From: Octopus bimaculoides
Lineage: Eukaryota
Assembly (NCBI RefSeq): GCF_001194135.2
Contig: NC_068990.1
Location: forward strand, 63,987,835 to 64,042,130
Reading direction: 5' to 3'
DNA length: 54,296 bases
Shown one piece after another: positions 35,201 through 46,143 of this stretch. The notes beneath the pieces were generated by a model that saw only the letters and a list, made by a program, of their open reading frames with translations, did not search any database and was not told where the DNA came from. Positions within the stretch are counted from its first letter, which is position 1; each line of letters begins with the position of its first letter. The position numbers were made by a program, and so were the translations under genes.

Positions 35201-35408
35201 GCTTGTTTGAATCAGTTCACTTTGAAAACGTAGTGAGTGATGGACCCTTTGATGAAAATGGAACAACTAAAAAGCATAATTCTATACAAAGCAATGTGCA
35301 GTCACTGCAGCTAAAACATATGTAGGTCAGATGTATATGCTGTAGAAAACTTTTAAATAAAGAGGTTTTCGGATGTGAATAAAATCTCCACTCTCTTCTT
35401 CATTATCA
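32223..35408 (+). mobile_element. Naiad-type Penelope-like element remnant bounded by 161-bp inverted repeats (32223-32383 / 35248-35408), with a mariner inserted
   Basis: NIKWYIIPFGKQIISNIPKLFYLVLIKHFPKDSKYYRIFYKHRFRLAFSNSRNLAQIIAVHN (32614-), then with frameshift NIVYRCKVTSENRVYFY.GASSCNIKQKIANYLNSFR...SKLIWALKD (33211-33470, GIY-YIG). Confidence 0.75.
33704..35006 (+). mobile_element. Full-length but inactive mariner (D,D34D, Hsmar1/cecropia-like)
   Basis: TA|TTAGGTTGTCAAAAATG...CTTTCTTGACAGCCTAA|TA. ATG at 33893; motifs TCDEKW, HDNA, PYSPDLSPTDY; several stops and a deletion at WV(PHEL). Confidence 0.92.
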
Positions 35409-35430
35409 ACATTACATACATATATATATA

Positions 35431-35833
35431 TAGGCGCAGGAGTGGCTGTGTAGTAAGAAGCTTGCTTCCCAACCACATGGTTCTGGGTTCACTCCTACTG
35501 TGTGACACCTTCGACAAGCGTCTTCTATTATAGCCTCAGTCCAACCAAAGCCTTGTGAGTGGATTTTGTAGATGGAAACTGAAAGAAACCCATCGTATAT
35601 ATATAGATATATGTATGTATGTATTTATGTGTTTGTGTTTGTCCCCACACCATCGCTTGACAACCAATGTTGATGTGTTTACATCCCCGAAACTTAGTGG
35701 TTCAGCAAAAGATTCCAATAGAATAAGTACCAGGCTTACAAAGAATAAGTCCTACGGTTGATTTGTGCAACTAAAGTTGGTGCTCCAGCATGGCTGCAGT
35801 CAAATGACTGAAACAAGAAAAAGAATAAAAGAG
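35431..35833 (+). mobile_element. SINE group A, between (TA)n runs
   Basis: Same head, core and tail as 25160. Confidence 0.85.
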
Positions 35834-35859
35834 TATATATATATATATNNNNNNNNNNA

Positions 35860-35898
<39 letters not shown>

Positions 35899-35913
35899 AA
35901 ATCTCTATTCCAG

Positions 35914-36054
35914 GGTATGCTCTCAGCAGAGGCAGAAGTTATCAAAGAGCCACAAGTTCTAATATCTCTGTGGACCCATGAATGTGCCCGTGTTTTAGCA
36001 GACCGATTTACTGAGATTCAAGATAAAACATGGTTTGAAGGCATTTTCCAACAG
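35914..36054 (+). CDS. DNAH5: Dynein heavy chain exon 9: GMLSAEAEVIKEPQVLISLWTHECARVLADRFTEIQDKTWFEGIFQQ
   Basis: attccag|GGT...CAG|gtaagt; 141 bp; LW.HEC.RV.ADRF motif. Confidence 0.95.
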
Positions 36055-36116
36055 GTAAGTCAATTAACATATATTCCACATTCCTTTTATTCTTTCTTCC
36101 TTTCATCTCTCTTTCA

Positions 36117-36440
36117 TGTCATCATCATCATCGTCGTCGTCGTCATTTAACATCTGCTTTCCATGCTGGCATGGATTGGATGGTTTGACTGAGGGCTGGC
36201 GAGCCAGAAGGCTGCACCAGGCTACAATCTAATCTGGCAGAGTTTCTACAGCTGGATGCCTTTCCTAATACCAACCACTCTGCGAGTGTAGTGGGTGCTT
36301 CTTACATGCCACCGGCAAAAGGGCTACTCAGGTGATACTGGCATTGACCATGCTCAAATGGTGCTTTTTATGTGCCACCAGTACGGGAGCCAGCCAGGCG
36401 ACACTGGCAACAATCATGTTTGAATGGTGTTTTTTACTAC
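36117..36440 (-). mobile_element. RTE 3' UTR with about three tandem units
   Basis: (ATC)n, then catttaacatctgctttccatgctggcatgg...agtgtagtgggtgc. Confidence 0.8.
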
Positions 36441-36453
36441 ATATATATATATA

Positions 36454-37707
36454 CAGGATGCATAAGATATTTGAGGACAAATTTGTTTATATAAAAAAAC
36501 ATACATAATAACAGATAATAACTTTATCTATCAAAAAATGCTATGAGGATAAAAATAAACTTTCTTTTCTATAATGTTATTCAATAAAGCCACCTTCAGC
36601 TTCAGCAACTGCTTCTATATGAAATCTAAATCATCTACATGCTCAAATCAAGTGGTCCTGGTTCATTTTGGACATTACTTTGACTATGGCAGCTTTCAGA
36701 GAATCTTTGGTGATATGGGTGGTTTCATTGACCTCTCTCTCAACAATGCTCCACATGTAACAGTCCAATGGATTGAGATCTGGGGAATTAGGAAGCCAAA
36801 TGTTAGGGGCTATGTGATCATGAAAATTTTCACCCATCCATTCCTGTGTTACTAGAGTTATGTGTGATAGTGCAGAGTCTTACTGAAACACATATGGCCT
36901 TCCATTGCATATACTGTCTATCTAGGGCTTAACAATTATTTCCAGGACTTCAATGACTTTAACTCTAAAGCCTTGTGGAAAGAAGTAAGGAGGCGTCAGA
37001 TGTCCTTCATTGCTGACAACCCCAAAAACCATAACAGTTGCAGGAAATTTTGTATGCATAACACTTGGAACTTCAGAAGGGTCTGCACATAACCATTTGT
37101 CATTTCTTCTGTTGACTTTTTGATCTTGGTTGAAGTTTTTCTCGTTTGAGAAAAAACAAATCAAATCTTCTTCTGTTGGATTTTTCAGTTTGTTTAAGAA
37201 CCTTTTAGATCTGATGTAGTGATTTTCTTTTGTTTTTTTTTCTGACAAATTGACCTTTCCTCATCATATAAGATTTGTATCTGATGTCTTTGTGGACAAC
37301 ATTTCTCACTGTTCCTTCTGACACATGGAGATCTTTTGCAATTGACCTCATGGACTTTTTGGGATTGTAATCAATGGTCTGTTGAACTTGCTGGATAAAT
37401 TCAGGTGTTCTGATGATTTCAGAGCATTTAAAATGCTTTTTATACTTTGATACTGGTGATATGTTTCCGTCTTCAGTCTCTGTCTCCTTACAAACTGTGT
37501 AGATGAAAGATCTGGCAACTTTTAAAAATCGAAATATTTCTAAATCACTATGCTCAGCCTTCATAATCACAATAACAGCATGCCTCTTCATTTCTTGAGT
37601 AAGCAGAGGGTTTGCCATTATTATTTTCTGAAACAAAGATTACACAGAGTCAGTAAAAAATGCAGCAATGACCCAAAAAATGACCCTCAAATACCTTACA
37701 CACCCTG
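36454..37707 (-). mobile_element. Full-length degenerate DD37D (maT-type) Tc1/mariner-superfamily transposon
   Basis: TIRs CAGGATGCATAAGATATTTGAGG / CAGGGTGTGTAAGGTATTTGAGG. ORF pieces 37205-37636, 36922-37248, 36643-36837; FSNEK; Q*DSA to PLD spacing counted as 37 residues. Confidence 0.88.
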
Positions 37708-39149
37708 TGGAATTGAACCAGTGAGTGAAAGTCAGTGAAAAGGTGTAGAAACATAAAGCAAAAAGAAAACTCAACAATCAAAGATGTGCACAATGAAGAT
37801 AAATACACCAAAGGAAGAAACAGAAGAGAATTAAACATTCGGGCCGATATCTTTTATGAAAGAGAAGAAAAGCATTGAGAGATATGAGAGAAATAATATA
37901 TACCCTATTGAATTGAAAATGTCTGTTTACATGGTAAATCTTTGATCTCTCTCTCTCTCTCTCTCACACACACTTTTTAAAAAGTAGATTACTTCTTGAC
38001 TTATCCCTATTTGTTCATTTTGAGTCATTTCCCTTAACTCATGGTCTTTCCCTTTTGACTCATGGTCAAAAATTATTTATAATTTCTGTTTGATAAGGAA
38101 AAATATTTAGTTAAGCAAGATGTGTTTTGGCTCTTTGTGTTCTGCCAGTTGATGCCTAGCTCCATCAGTTCAAGCTGCTGACTTTTCTCTTGGATAAACA
38201 TTGATGGTGTGAAAAAGGGAGACTTACATCTTTAGACAACTGTTTATTCTCAAAATCTGCTAGTCCTCAAAAGATCTTGCCCAGGTTTTGCATACACATG
38301 TATAGATTTATGGTAAATATCTTACTGTTTTTAATGACAATGAGAATGCATTAAATGTTCACAATAATTCACTACTATGCATTAAAGATGCAGATATTAT
38401 GTTGCATGATGTTCACAAATAGAGACCACCTCATATTGGTGTCGACACTGGAGATTATATTGATCAATGACCAGATAAATACAGTGAGAGGCTACTCTTG
38501 TGTTGTTGATTTGAAGTAATCAGACAATAAAATTGACATTGGTAGCAATAGAAGACTGTTTGAGTTTTTATCAAGACAGACATTCATACAAAGCTGTGTG
38601 TGACTTCATACTATAAATAGATATTGTTTTCTTCAATATTGGTGTTGACATAATTTATGTCCCATGAAACTGCATTTACAAGAAGCAAGTAATGAAACAC
38701 TAGAGTGGTTTTAAATGTTTTAATCACATGCAAGTCTTTACAATGTAGCTATAACAAACCAATGATTGAAAATAATGGCATTGAGCATATTTTCCAAATT
38801 GATTATTTCTAGTCTCAGTTAAATTTCCCATTTGCCAAACTTATTTAAGATTTAGACATTTACTTCCAATGCATAGTTCCTGTTCAGAATTTTAATAGAT
38901 ATGTTTCAAATATTGGTGCTTGGCCATTGCAATTAAGGAATCCTGCTTCATAATTGTTCACATCGAAGACAGAGTCCTTCACAACAATATCTATATGGCC
39001 AACACAATAGATATCTTGGTCATCTTTATCCACTGTCATCCTGAGCTTCTTCATAAAAAAGGATGACAATTTCATTGCCATCCAGTCCATTACCTTTGCA
39101 CCTTTTGAAATTATACTAAAGAAAAATCAGTGCATACACTCAAATACAG

Positions 39150-39570
39150 ACCTTCTTAATTTCTAGAAATTATCTCCTCTTTTCTTTGAGAATCATTCGC
39201 CATAATTAGGGTGTTCTTGGATTTGGAATGTTTGTACAGATGGTGATTATTCAGGCTTTTTTGGGTTTTTTTTTTTGTAAGTTTCAAAGTATCATGAACT
39301 TAGATTCAGGATACTATAGTTGACAGATACAAGGTTTGTTTCCGCTGTTACTTTCATGTCATATTCTTTGTTAAGTGGCTGTTATTTGTTTTCTGGATGC
39401 CATCAGTCCATCTTCTCTGTAAAGACCCATGCTTGCAGTGCGGCTTAGCCTTTCATCTTTGTTTATGTTTTATATCTCTGCATTCCTTGTTGTTAACTGG
39501 AAGCATTTTTCTGGAATGTATCATAGTTTCTCGTATGGTGTTAGGACTGTAATATATCAGCAGCAGCATA
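39150..39570 (-). mobile_element. Naiad-type Penelope-like RT fragment
   Basis: IHSRKML..., MGLYREDGL, KEYDMKVTAETNLVSVNY..LNLSS*YFETYKK in shifted frames. Confidence 0.65.
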
Positions 39571-39644
39571 ATAATTTGGTGTGTATTTTTCTATTCTGGC
39601 TTGGGTTGGATGGATCACACAGCATCTCCATTTTTATTATCTAA

Positions 39645-40046
39645 TAGGCGCAGGAGTGGCTGTGTGGTAAGTAGCTCGCTTACTAACCACACGGTTCCGC
39701 GTTCAGTCCCACTGCGTGGCACCTTGGGCAAGTGTCTTCTACTCTAGCCTTGGGCCAACCAAAGCCTTGTGAGTGGATTTGGTAGACGGAAACTGAAAGA
39801 AGCCCGTCGTATATATGTATATAGATATATGTATGTATGTTTGTGTTTCTATGTTTGTCCCCCCACCATCGCTTGATAACTGATGCTGGTGTGTTTACAT
39901 CCCTGTAACTTAGCAGTTCGGCAAAAAGAGACCGATAGAATAAGTACTAGGTTTACACAGAATAAGTCCTGGGGTCGATTTGCTCGACTAAAGGTGGTGC
40001 TCCAGCATGGCCGCAATCAAATGACTGAAGCGAGTAAAAGAGTAAA
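39645..40046 (+). mobile_element. SINE group A
   Basis: Same head, core and tail as 25160. Confidence 0.88.
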
Positions 40047-41080
40047 ACATGGCAATATAGAAACTGACCAACTTTGTTGTTGCATCTGTCTTAAAGTATA
40101 ACCTGAAAACATGCTTTTTGTACCACCACTATTTGCAGCCAAACTAGAGATCTCTTTGCTCTATATCAGATCTTATCAAGAGTTATTGCTCTTCTGGGTG
40201 GGTAGCTTATGATGTTGCTTAATGTATCCACATCTTCCTCCTACATTTTTGGCATGATTTCTATAGCTGGTTGTTCTTTCTATCATCAACCAGCTTGTTC
40301 TGAGTTCATTTGCCATATCATCAGCACTAGTTGGATTATCTCTGATTTTGCTAAAAACTAGTCAGATTCCTATATCAGTTTTATTCAGAATTATTGACCT
40401 CCTGGGTGTGTTCTAAGTGTTTTAGGTTTGAGGTTAAGTCATTTGAAAATGTCATCACTAAAATTTGTGTTTTGTTGTAGGTTCCCAGATTCCTAGTTTC
40501 TAAACTGCAGTGATGATGAAAAGCCAGCTTTCATCAATTTTTTAAATTAGCATTTGGCAATTAACAGTTAAAAAAATAATTATCATTAATTAAGACTGAA
40601 AAAAAAAATGGGTTAGTTATAATTTTGATTATAGATCAATTAGATCAGGCCTACATGAACAAAATAATAACAAGAATTAAATTGCAGATGAGCAGAAAAG
40701 AGAAGTTTGCCAAAGACACACACACACATGCAAGAAATGTGATACACCCATAAATAAAGGCTTATTTCTTGTTCTTCTTGTTATTATTTGTTACACTGCT
40801 AGACAAAATGCCTTATGGTATATCTTCTGGTATTTTACATTCTGAGTTCAAATCCTACCTAGGTCAACTTTATCTGTCATCCTTTCAGGATTGATCAAAT
40901 AAAGCACCAATCAAGTTCTACAGTCAACATAAATGACCAACTCATTTTCCTTAAGATTGCTTGCCTTATGCTAAAATTTGAAAGTAATTATTAATAAAAT
41001 AGTGAGTTGGTAGAATTCTTAGCATGCCAGGTAAAATGTATTTTGTTCATCTTTACATTCCAAGTAAAAGAGTAAAAGAG

Positions 41081-41290
41081 AGCGGTGAGCTGGTAGAATC
41101 ATTAGCATGTCAGGCAAGATGCTTTTCAGCATTTAATTTGTCTCTATGCTCCAAGTTCAAATTCTGCCAAGGTTGACTTTGCCTTTCATCCTTTCAGAGT
41201 TGATAAATTAAGTACCAGTGAACACTGGAGTCGATCTAATTGACTTGGCCCCTCCCCCAAAACTGCTGGCTTTATGCCAAAATCTGAAAC

Positions 41291-41324
<34 letters not shown>
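41081..41324 (+). mobile_element. SINE group C with (ATT)n tail; partial group C copies at about 40800-41065
   Basis: gtgagctggtagaatcattagc...gttcaaattctgcc...ccaaaatctgaaacc(att)n. Confidence 0.85.
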
Positions 41325-42160
41325 GAGTGAGAGAGCAGTGCATGCCATCAAAATGACACTGGGGTAAAATATACGAAGCCCATTATACCCATCATGACTA
41401 CCCGTCTGATAAGGGTACACCAGGCACATGCATCACAACCATATGTGTGTGACATGGCGATCTCATATCAAGATAAACAGCGCATGACCTCGCAAGTGGG
41501 GCCCAGTTAGAATTTTCTTCAGGTCGAGNNNNNNNNNNNNNNNNNNNNNNNNNNNNNNNNNNNNNNNNNNNNNNNNNNNNNNNNNNNNNNNNNNNNNNNN
41601 NNNNNNNNNNNNNNNNNNNNNNNNNNNNNNNNNNNNNNNNNNNNNNNNNNNNNNNNNNNNNNNNNNNNNNNNNNNNNNNNNNNNNNNNNNNNNNNNNNNN
41701 NNNNNNNNNNNNNNNNNNNATTATTATTATTATTATTATTATTATTATTGAGTGAGAGAGCAGTGCATGCCATCAAAGTGACACTGGGGTAAAATATATG
41801 AAGCCCAGTATACCCATCTTAACTATCTGTCTGATAAGGGTACACCAGGCACATGCATCACAACCATATGTGTGCAACATGGTGATTTCATATCAAGATA
41901 AACAACACATGACCTTGCAGGTTGTGTAGCCCATCTCACTCAAAAGGTCCCTGAATAAGGGTTGTTTAAGGATATTGAATGAAACACCCATGCTTCCAGA
42001 GGTGAATTATTCAAGCTCTAGAGAATTCTCCTCAACGCATAGCTATGATACTTCTCCACTACCTTTGTTCATGATTAGAGATACACATATTGCCACCCAC
42101 TAAGGGACGTGCTCAACTGGTTAAGGTCAAGCAACTGACAAGCAAAATTTTTGATATTGA
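41295..42160 (-). mobile_element. Two copies (split by gap 41529-41719) of a retroposon 3' end with (AAT)n tail
   Basis: Both begin (att)n-gagtgagagagcagtgcatgccatcaaa.tgacactggggtaaaatata on +; family not named. Confidence 0.7.
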
Positions 42161-42374
42161 GCAGAATTATTATTATTATTAATGAATAATGATAAAATAT
42201 ACTTGACACAAAAATAGTATTGAATTGCTTCAGGGAATTTCCAATATATCTTGACAACCCTCAGCCCTGCTATAACAACTACAACCCAGAACACAAAAGT
42301 TAGCAAACTTTACGTAGGCCAAGAACTTGTATAAGTCATGGAAAAACCATTTCCAAAACATTATGTTCCTCCTC

Positions 42375-42377
<3 letters not shown>

Positions 42378-42414
<37 letters not shown>

Positions 42415-42420
42415 CTCACG

Positions 42421-42452
<32 letters not shown>
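42378..42452. repeat. (CA)n microsatellite running into a gap
   Basis: Direct reading. Confidence 0.95.
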
Positions 42453-43129
42453 NNNNNNNNNNNNNNNNNNNNNNNNNNNNNNNNNNNNNNNNNNNNNNNN
42501 NNNNNNNNNNNNNNNNNNNNNNNNNNNNNNNNNNNNNNNNNNNNNNNNNNNNNNNNNNNNNNNNNNNNNNNNNNNNNNNNNNNNNNNNNNNNNNNNNNNN
42601 NNNNNNNNNNNNNNNNNNNNNNNNNNNNNNNNNNNNNNNNNNNNNNNNNNNNNNNNNNNNNNNNNNNNNNNNNNNNNNNNNNNNNNNNNNNNNNNNNNNN
42701 NNNNNNNNNNNNNNNNNCCAACAATTATTTCACAGAATATACATTGAAAGTTTTCTAAATTGAGTTTCATTTTAGTTGATCTTTTCAAAAAAGTTTTCAT
42801 CAAATAGAGACTTAACCTAGCGTTTTGAAAACTGCTTCTTTTACGTATTTACTTATTCTCCTAACTACCATATTTTATTGTGATATTTCAAAAATTACGG
42901 GCAGCCATTTTTTTTATTGTTGTATTTTTTCTTTCATAGACTTAGAAATGCAGTTGCAAAAAATAAATTTTGTTTATTCTAAACATTGCAAATTTCTGAG
43001 CAGTCATTAAGCTCTAGTTATTTAGACATATCAGCTACTCTGATCTTCTCTTGTATAATATGAGTAGCTTTGTAGATACCCTGCAACAAAAAACCTGTTC
43101 TGTTCTGGTCCCCCTTCTCCCACACTTTA

Positions 43130-43415
43130 ACCCTCTCATCCCATAGCATAAAGCTACCTCCCTCTCTACTTTAGTCTCATTCAGTTGAAGGCAACCTTGA
43201 ATCTTGCAAGCTTCATGCTGACTTCGTAAGTGCTGGTGCCATGCACAAAAGAGCACCCAATACATGACATAAAGTGATTAGTCTTAGGAATAGAATCCAA
43301 CTATTGACAACATGCCAAAGCAGGCATTGGAGCATGATGCAGTCTTCAGATCAAGCGGATCCTGTTAAACTGTTCAACCTACACAAGCATCAAACATGGA
43401 GATTGAATGATGATT
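43130..43415 (+). mobile_element. Old RTE 3' UTR fragment
   Basis: gtgctggtgccatgcacaaaagagcacccaatac...catcaaacatggagattgaatgatgat. Confidence 0.55.
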
Positions 43416-43704
43416 GTGGTCACATACACACACGCACACACACACATAGACACACACAATCACTGTTTAATATTTACTTGCCATGCAAGCAGGTTTTCAT
43501 TGATGCAGATTTTCTACAAGCAAATGCACTTCTTGTTGCTAGCCCTTGCCTGTCTCCAAACAAGTTAATATTTCCCTATGGCTGGACATTTTTTCATGGA
43601 AGATTGGATCACACACACACACACACACACACTAAAATCAAATAGTGAGAATGTGTGCTCAGAATTGCATTGATGGATAAATATTCTTTATTTGTGGGCT
43701 AACA

Positions 43705-44108
43705 AGGCTACCAGTGGCTGTATGGTAAGAAGCTTGCTTCCTATCCACATGGCTTCAGGTTCACTCCCACTGCATGGCACTTTGGGCAGGTGTCTTCTAC
43801 TATAGCCTCAGGCTGACCAAAGCCTCATGAATGGATTTGGTAGACGGAAACTGAAAGAAGCCTGTGGTATATACTCTGTGTGTGTGTGCACACGCAAGTG
43901 TGTGTGTGTCTGTCTTTGTCCCCCTACCACCATCGCTTGACAACAGATGTAGTGGTTCGGCAAAAGAGACCGATACAATAAGAACTAGGCTTACAAAGAC
44001 AAAGAATAATAACTGGAGTCAGATTGTTCGACTAAAGGTGGTGCTCCAGCATGGCCACAGTCAAAATGACTGAAATAAGGAAAAGAAAAAAGAAAAGAAA
44101 GAAAAGAA
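43705..44108 (+). mobile_element. SINE group A with (AAAAG)n tail
   Basis: Same head, core and tail as 25160. Confidence 0.8.
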
Positions 44109-44486
44109 GTCTACCACATGAGAACATTGGCACTCATTTCCATCTTGGCAGGCTTGATAATTGCAATGAGATTTCTCTTTATATGAAGCCATTGGTAGCC
44201 TTGTTAACCCACAAATAAAGTGTGTGTATGTGTGTGTATTAGTAATCAATACCCTATGCTAAATGCAAGTAATTGGCACACAAGAGATGCAGTAGGATTT
44301 CTACTAGATTGATTGGGAACTTTAACTTCAGATGTGATAAATAAATTATAGGTAAGCAAAAGGTCCAACTGTGGAATGAAGTCTATGAAATATACAGATT
44401 ATTTGTTGAAGATGCAGAGTAGTTTCTGCCACTTAAGCTACTTTCACTACAACTACTGGAAAGTAATTGTGGTGAAAGGATAGAGG

Positions 44487-44808
44487 AGCACTCCATCGGT
44501 TACAATGATGAGGGTCTCAGCTGATATGATCAACAGAACAGCTTGCTCGTGAAATTAACGTGCAAGTAGCTGAGCACTCCACGAACACATTTATCCTTAA
44601 CATAGTTTTCTGGGAGATTCAGCATGACACAGAGTGTGACAAGGCTGGCCCTTTGAAATACAGGTACTACTCATTTTAGCCAGCTGAGTAGGCTGGAGCA
44701 ATGTGAAATAAAGTGTCTTGCTCAAGGACACAACACATCGCCAGGAATTGAACTCATGGCCTTATGATCGTGAGCCGAATGCCCTAACCACTAAGCCATG
44801 TGCCTGCA
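44487..44808 (-). mobile_element. tRNA-derived SINE (group D head and body, 3' module type 1)
   Basis: Reverse complement: tggcttagtggttagggc...gagttcaattcc...tgtgtccttgagcaagacac...tgtatttcaaagggccagccttgtcacac...gtaaccgatggagtgct. Confidence 0.82.
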
Positions 44809-45089
44809 TTTGTGTGAATTCTGGTGAAAGGGTAATAGCTGAATAAGAAAGGTTCATGTGAATTTGAGAGAGTTGTTAGCTATGCTGATAAGCAAGGTTT
44901 ACAGTATGAAGCATGTGTAAAAAGTGTGAGCCCAGTAGTGAGATATGAATATTGAATTTGTAGGAGAAGTGGACATACACCATCCTGTGCATTCCAATTC
45001 CGTACATTAAATTTCTTAAGGAAGAAAACGGAACACAGACTCTAAACTAAACAGAACAACAAATATTTTCTTACAGCAGAAATCCGCTC

Positions 45090-45490
45090 ACACGAGGAGG
45101 GGATTTGGTAGCATTTCGCCCTTGGTTCAGATGAGACGTCGTCTTAAAGTCGCATGGTTGGAAGTCATTGTTCTCCTCTCTGGTTATCTTTGTGGATCCA
45201 ATTTAGTGTTGACGCAGAGCTGCTATTGTGACGTTTAGCTTCCATGAAGTCCAGCCAGCAAAAGAGGTAGAGAAAACACGTGAACGCTTGGATATTGGAT
45301 GACCATGCATGCGCATGAGGGACTTCCTGCACTCCTTCCAGAAGACTAGTCCCTGCGCATGCGTGGATAAACTCTCCAAAATGGCGATTGGTATTAGGCG
45401 CCACTACAAATACATGGATAAAGGTTAGAAACATTAGGTGAAATGGTTGTGAAATATTAATTTGGTTGCAAGATAAATTTCAGGTAAGGT
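45090..45490. promoter_or_regulatory. CpG-retaining, promoter-like patch (NRF1-, YY1-, ETS-, E-box-, CCAAT-like motifs)
   Basis: About 15 CpGs in about 330 bp; CACGTG 45277, GCATGCGCATG 45307, ACTTCCTG 45322, TGCGCATGCG 45354, CAAAATGGCG 45377, ATTGG 45387. Function unproven. Confidence 0.35.
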
Positions 45491-46019
45491 TACAGGAATT
45501 GGTATTAGTCCTTTAACATTCAGATTTCTCTGTCAAATGTAATGCTTATTTATATCCATAGATTTGAATTAATCATGCATTATCTTGTAGCTTCAGGATT
45601 TTCATAATGTGATTGCTTATTTTTAGAAAGACATTGTAAGGTAGGTGTGAGAGGCAGGATCCGGCATAATATGTGTAGAATAATATTCCAGCTGGATTTG
45701 GTTGGTTTGAATACTAGATGGCTAAAGCTATTGAAGGCAAACAACCCTCCACATTTTTCCATTTTATATTTTTTTTCTTGCTTTATTTTCTCTTTGCTTT
45801 ATTGTTCTCTTTTTCATTATCCTCTTCAATTCCCTTATGCACACATGTGCACACATATACATATATGCACACACATGCACATGTACACATACACACACAT
45901 GTGTATGTGCATATGCATGTGCACATGTGCACACATGTGCACCCACACACATGCACACTCACTTTTATTAAATTTATTATGTTTTTCTCTCTCACTGTCT
46001 CTATTTTTTACATGGAAAG

Positions 46020-46113
46020 GTTGTAGAAGAAGAATGTGGTTTAGCATTGGCACAAGACATGGTAAAAGAACCCTATTTTGTAGACTTCCTTCAAGATGCC
46101 CCAGAAGCCACTG
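46020..46113 (+). CDS. DNAH5: Dynein heavy chain exon 10: VVEEECGLALAQDMVKEPYFVDFLQDAPEAT(G)
   Basis: catggaaag|GTT...ACTG|gtaagt; 94 bp, exits phase 1; YFVDFL.DAPE motif. Confidence 0.92.
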
Positions 46114-46143
46114 GTAAGTTTTGATACCTGTTATTCTATTCAT

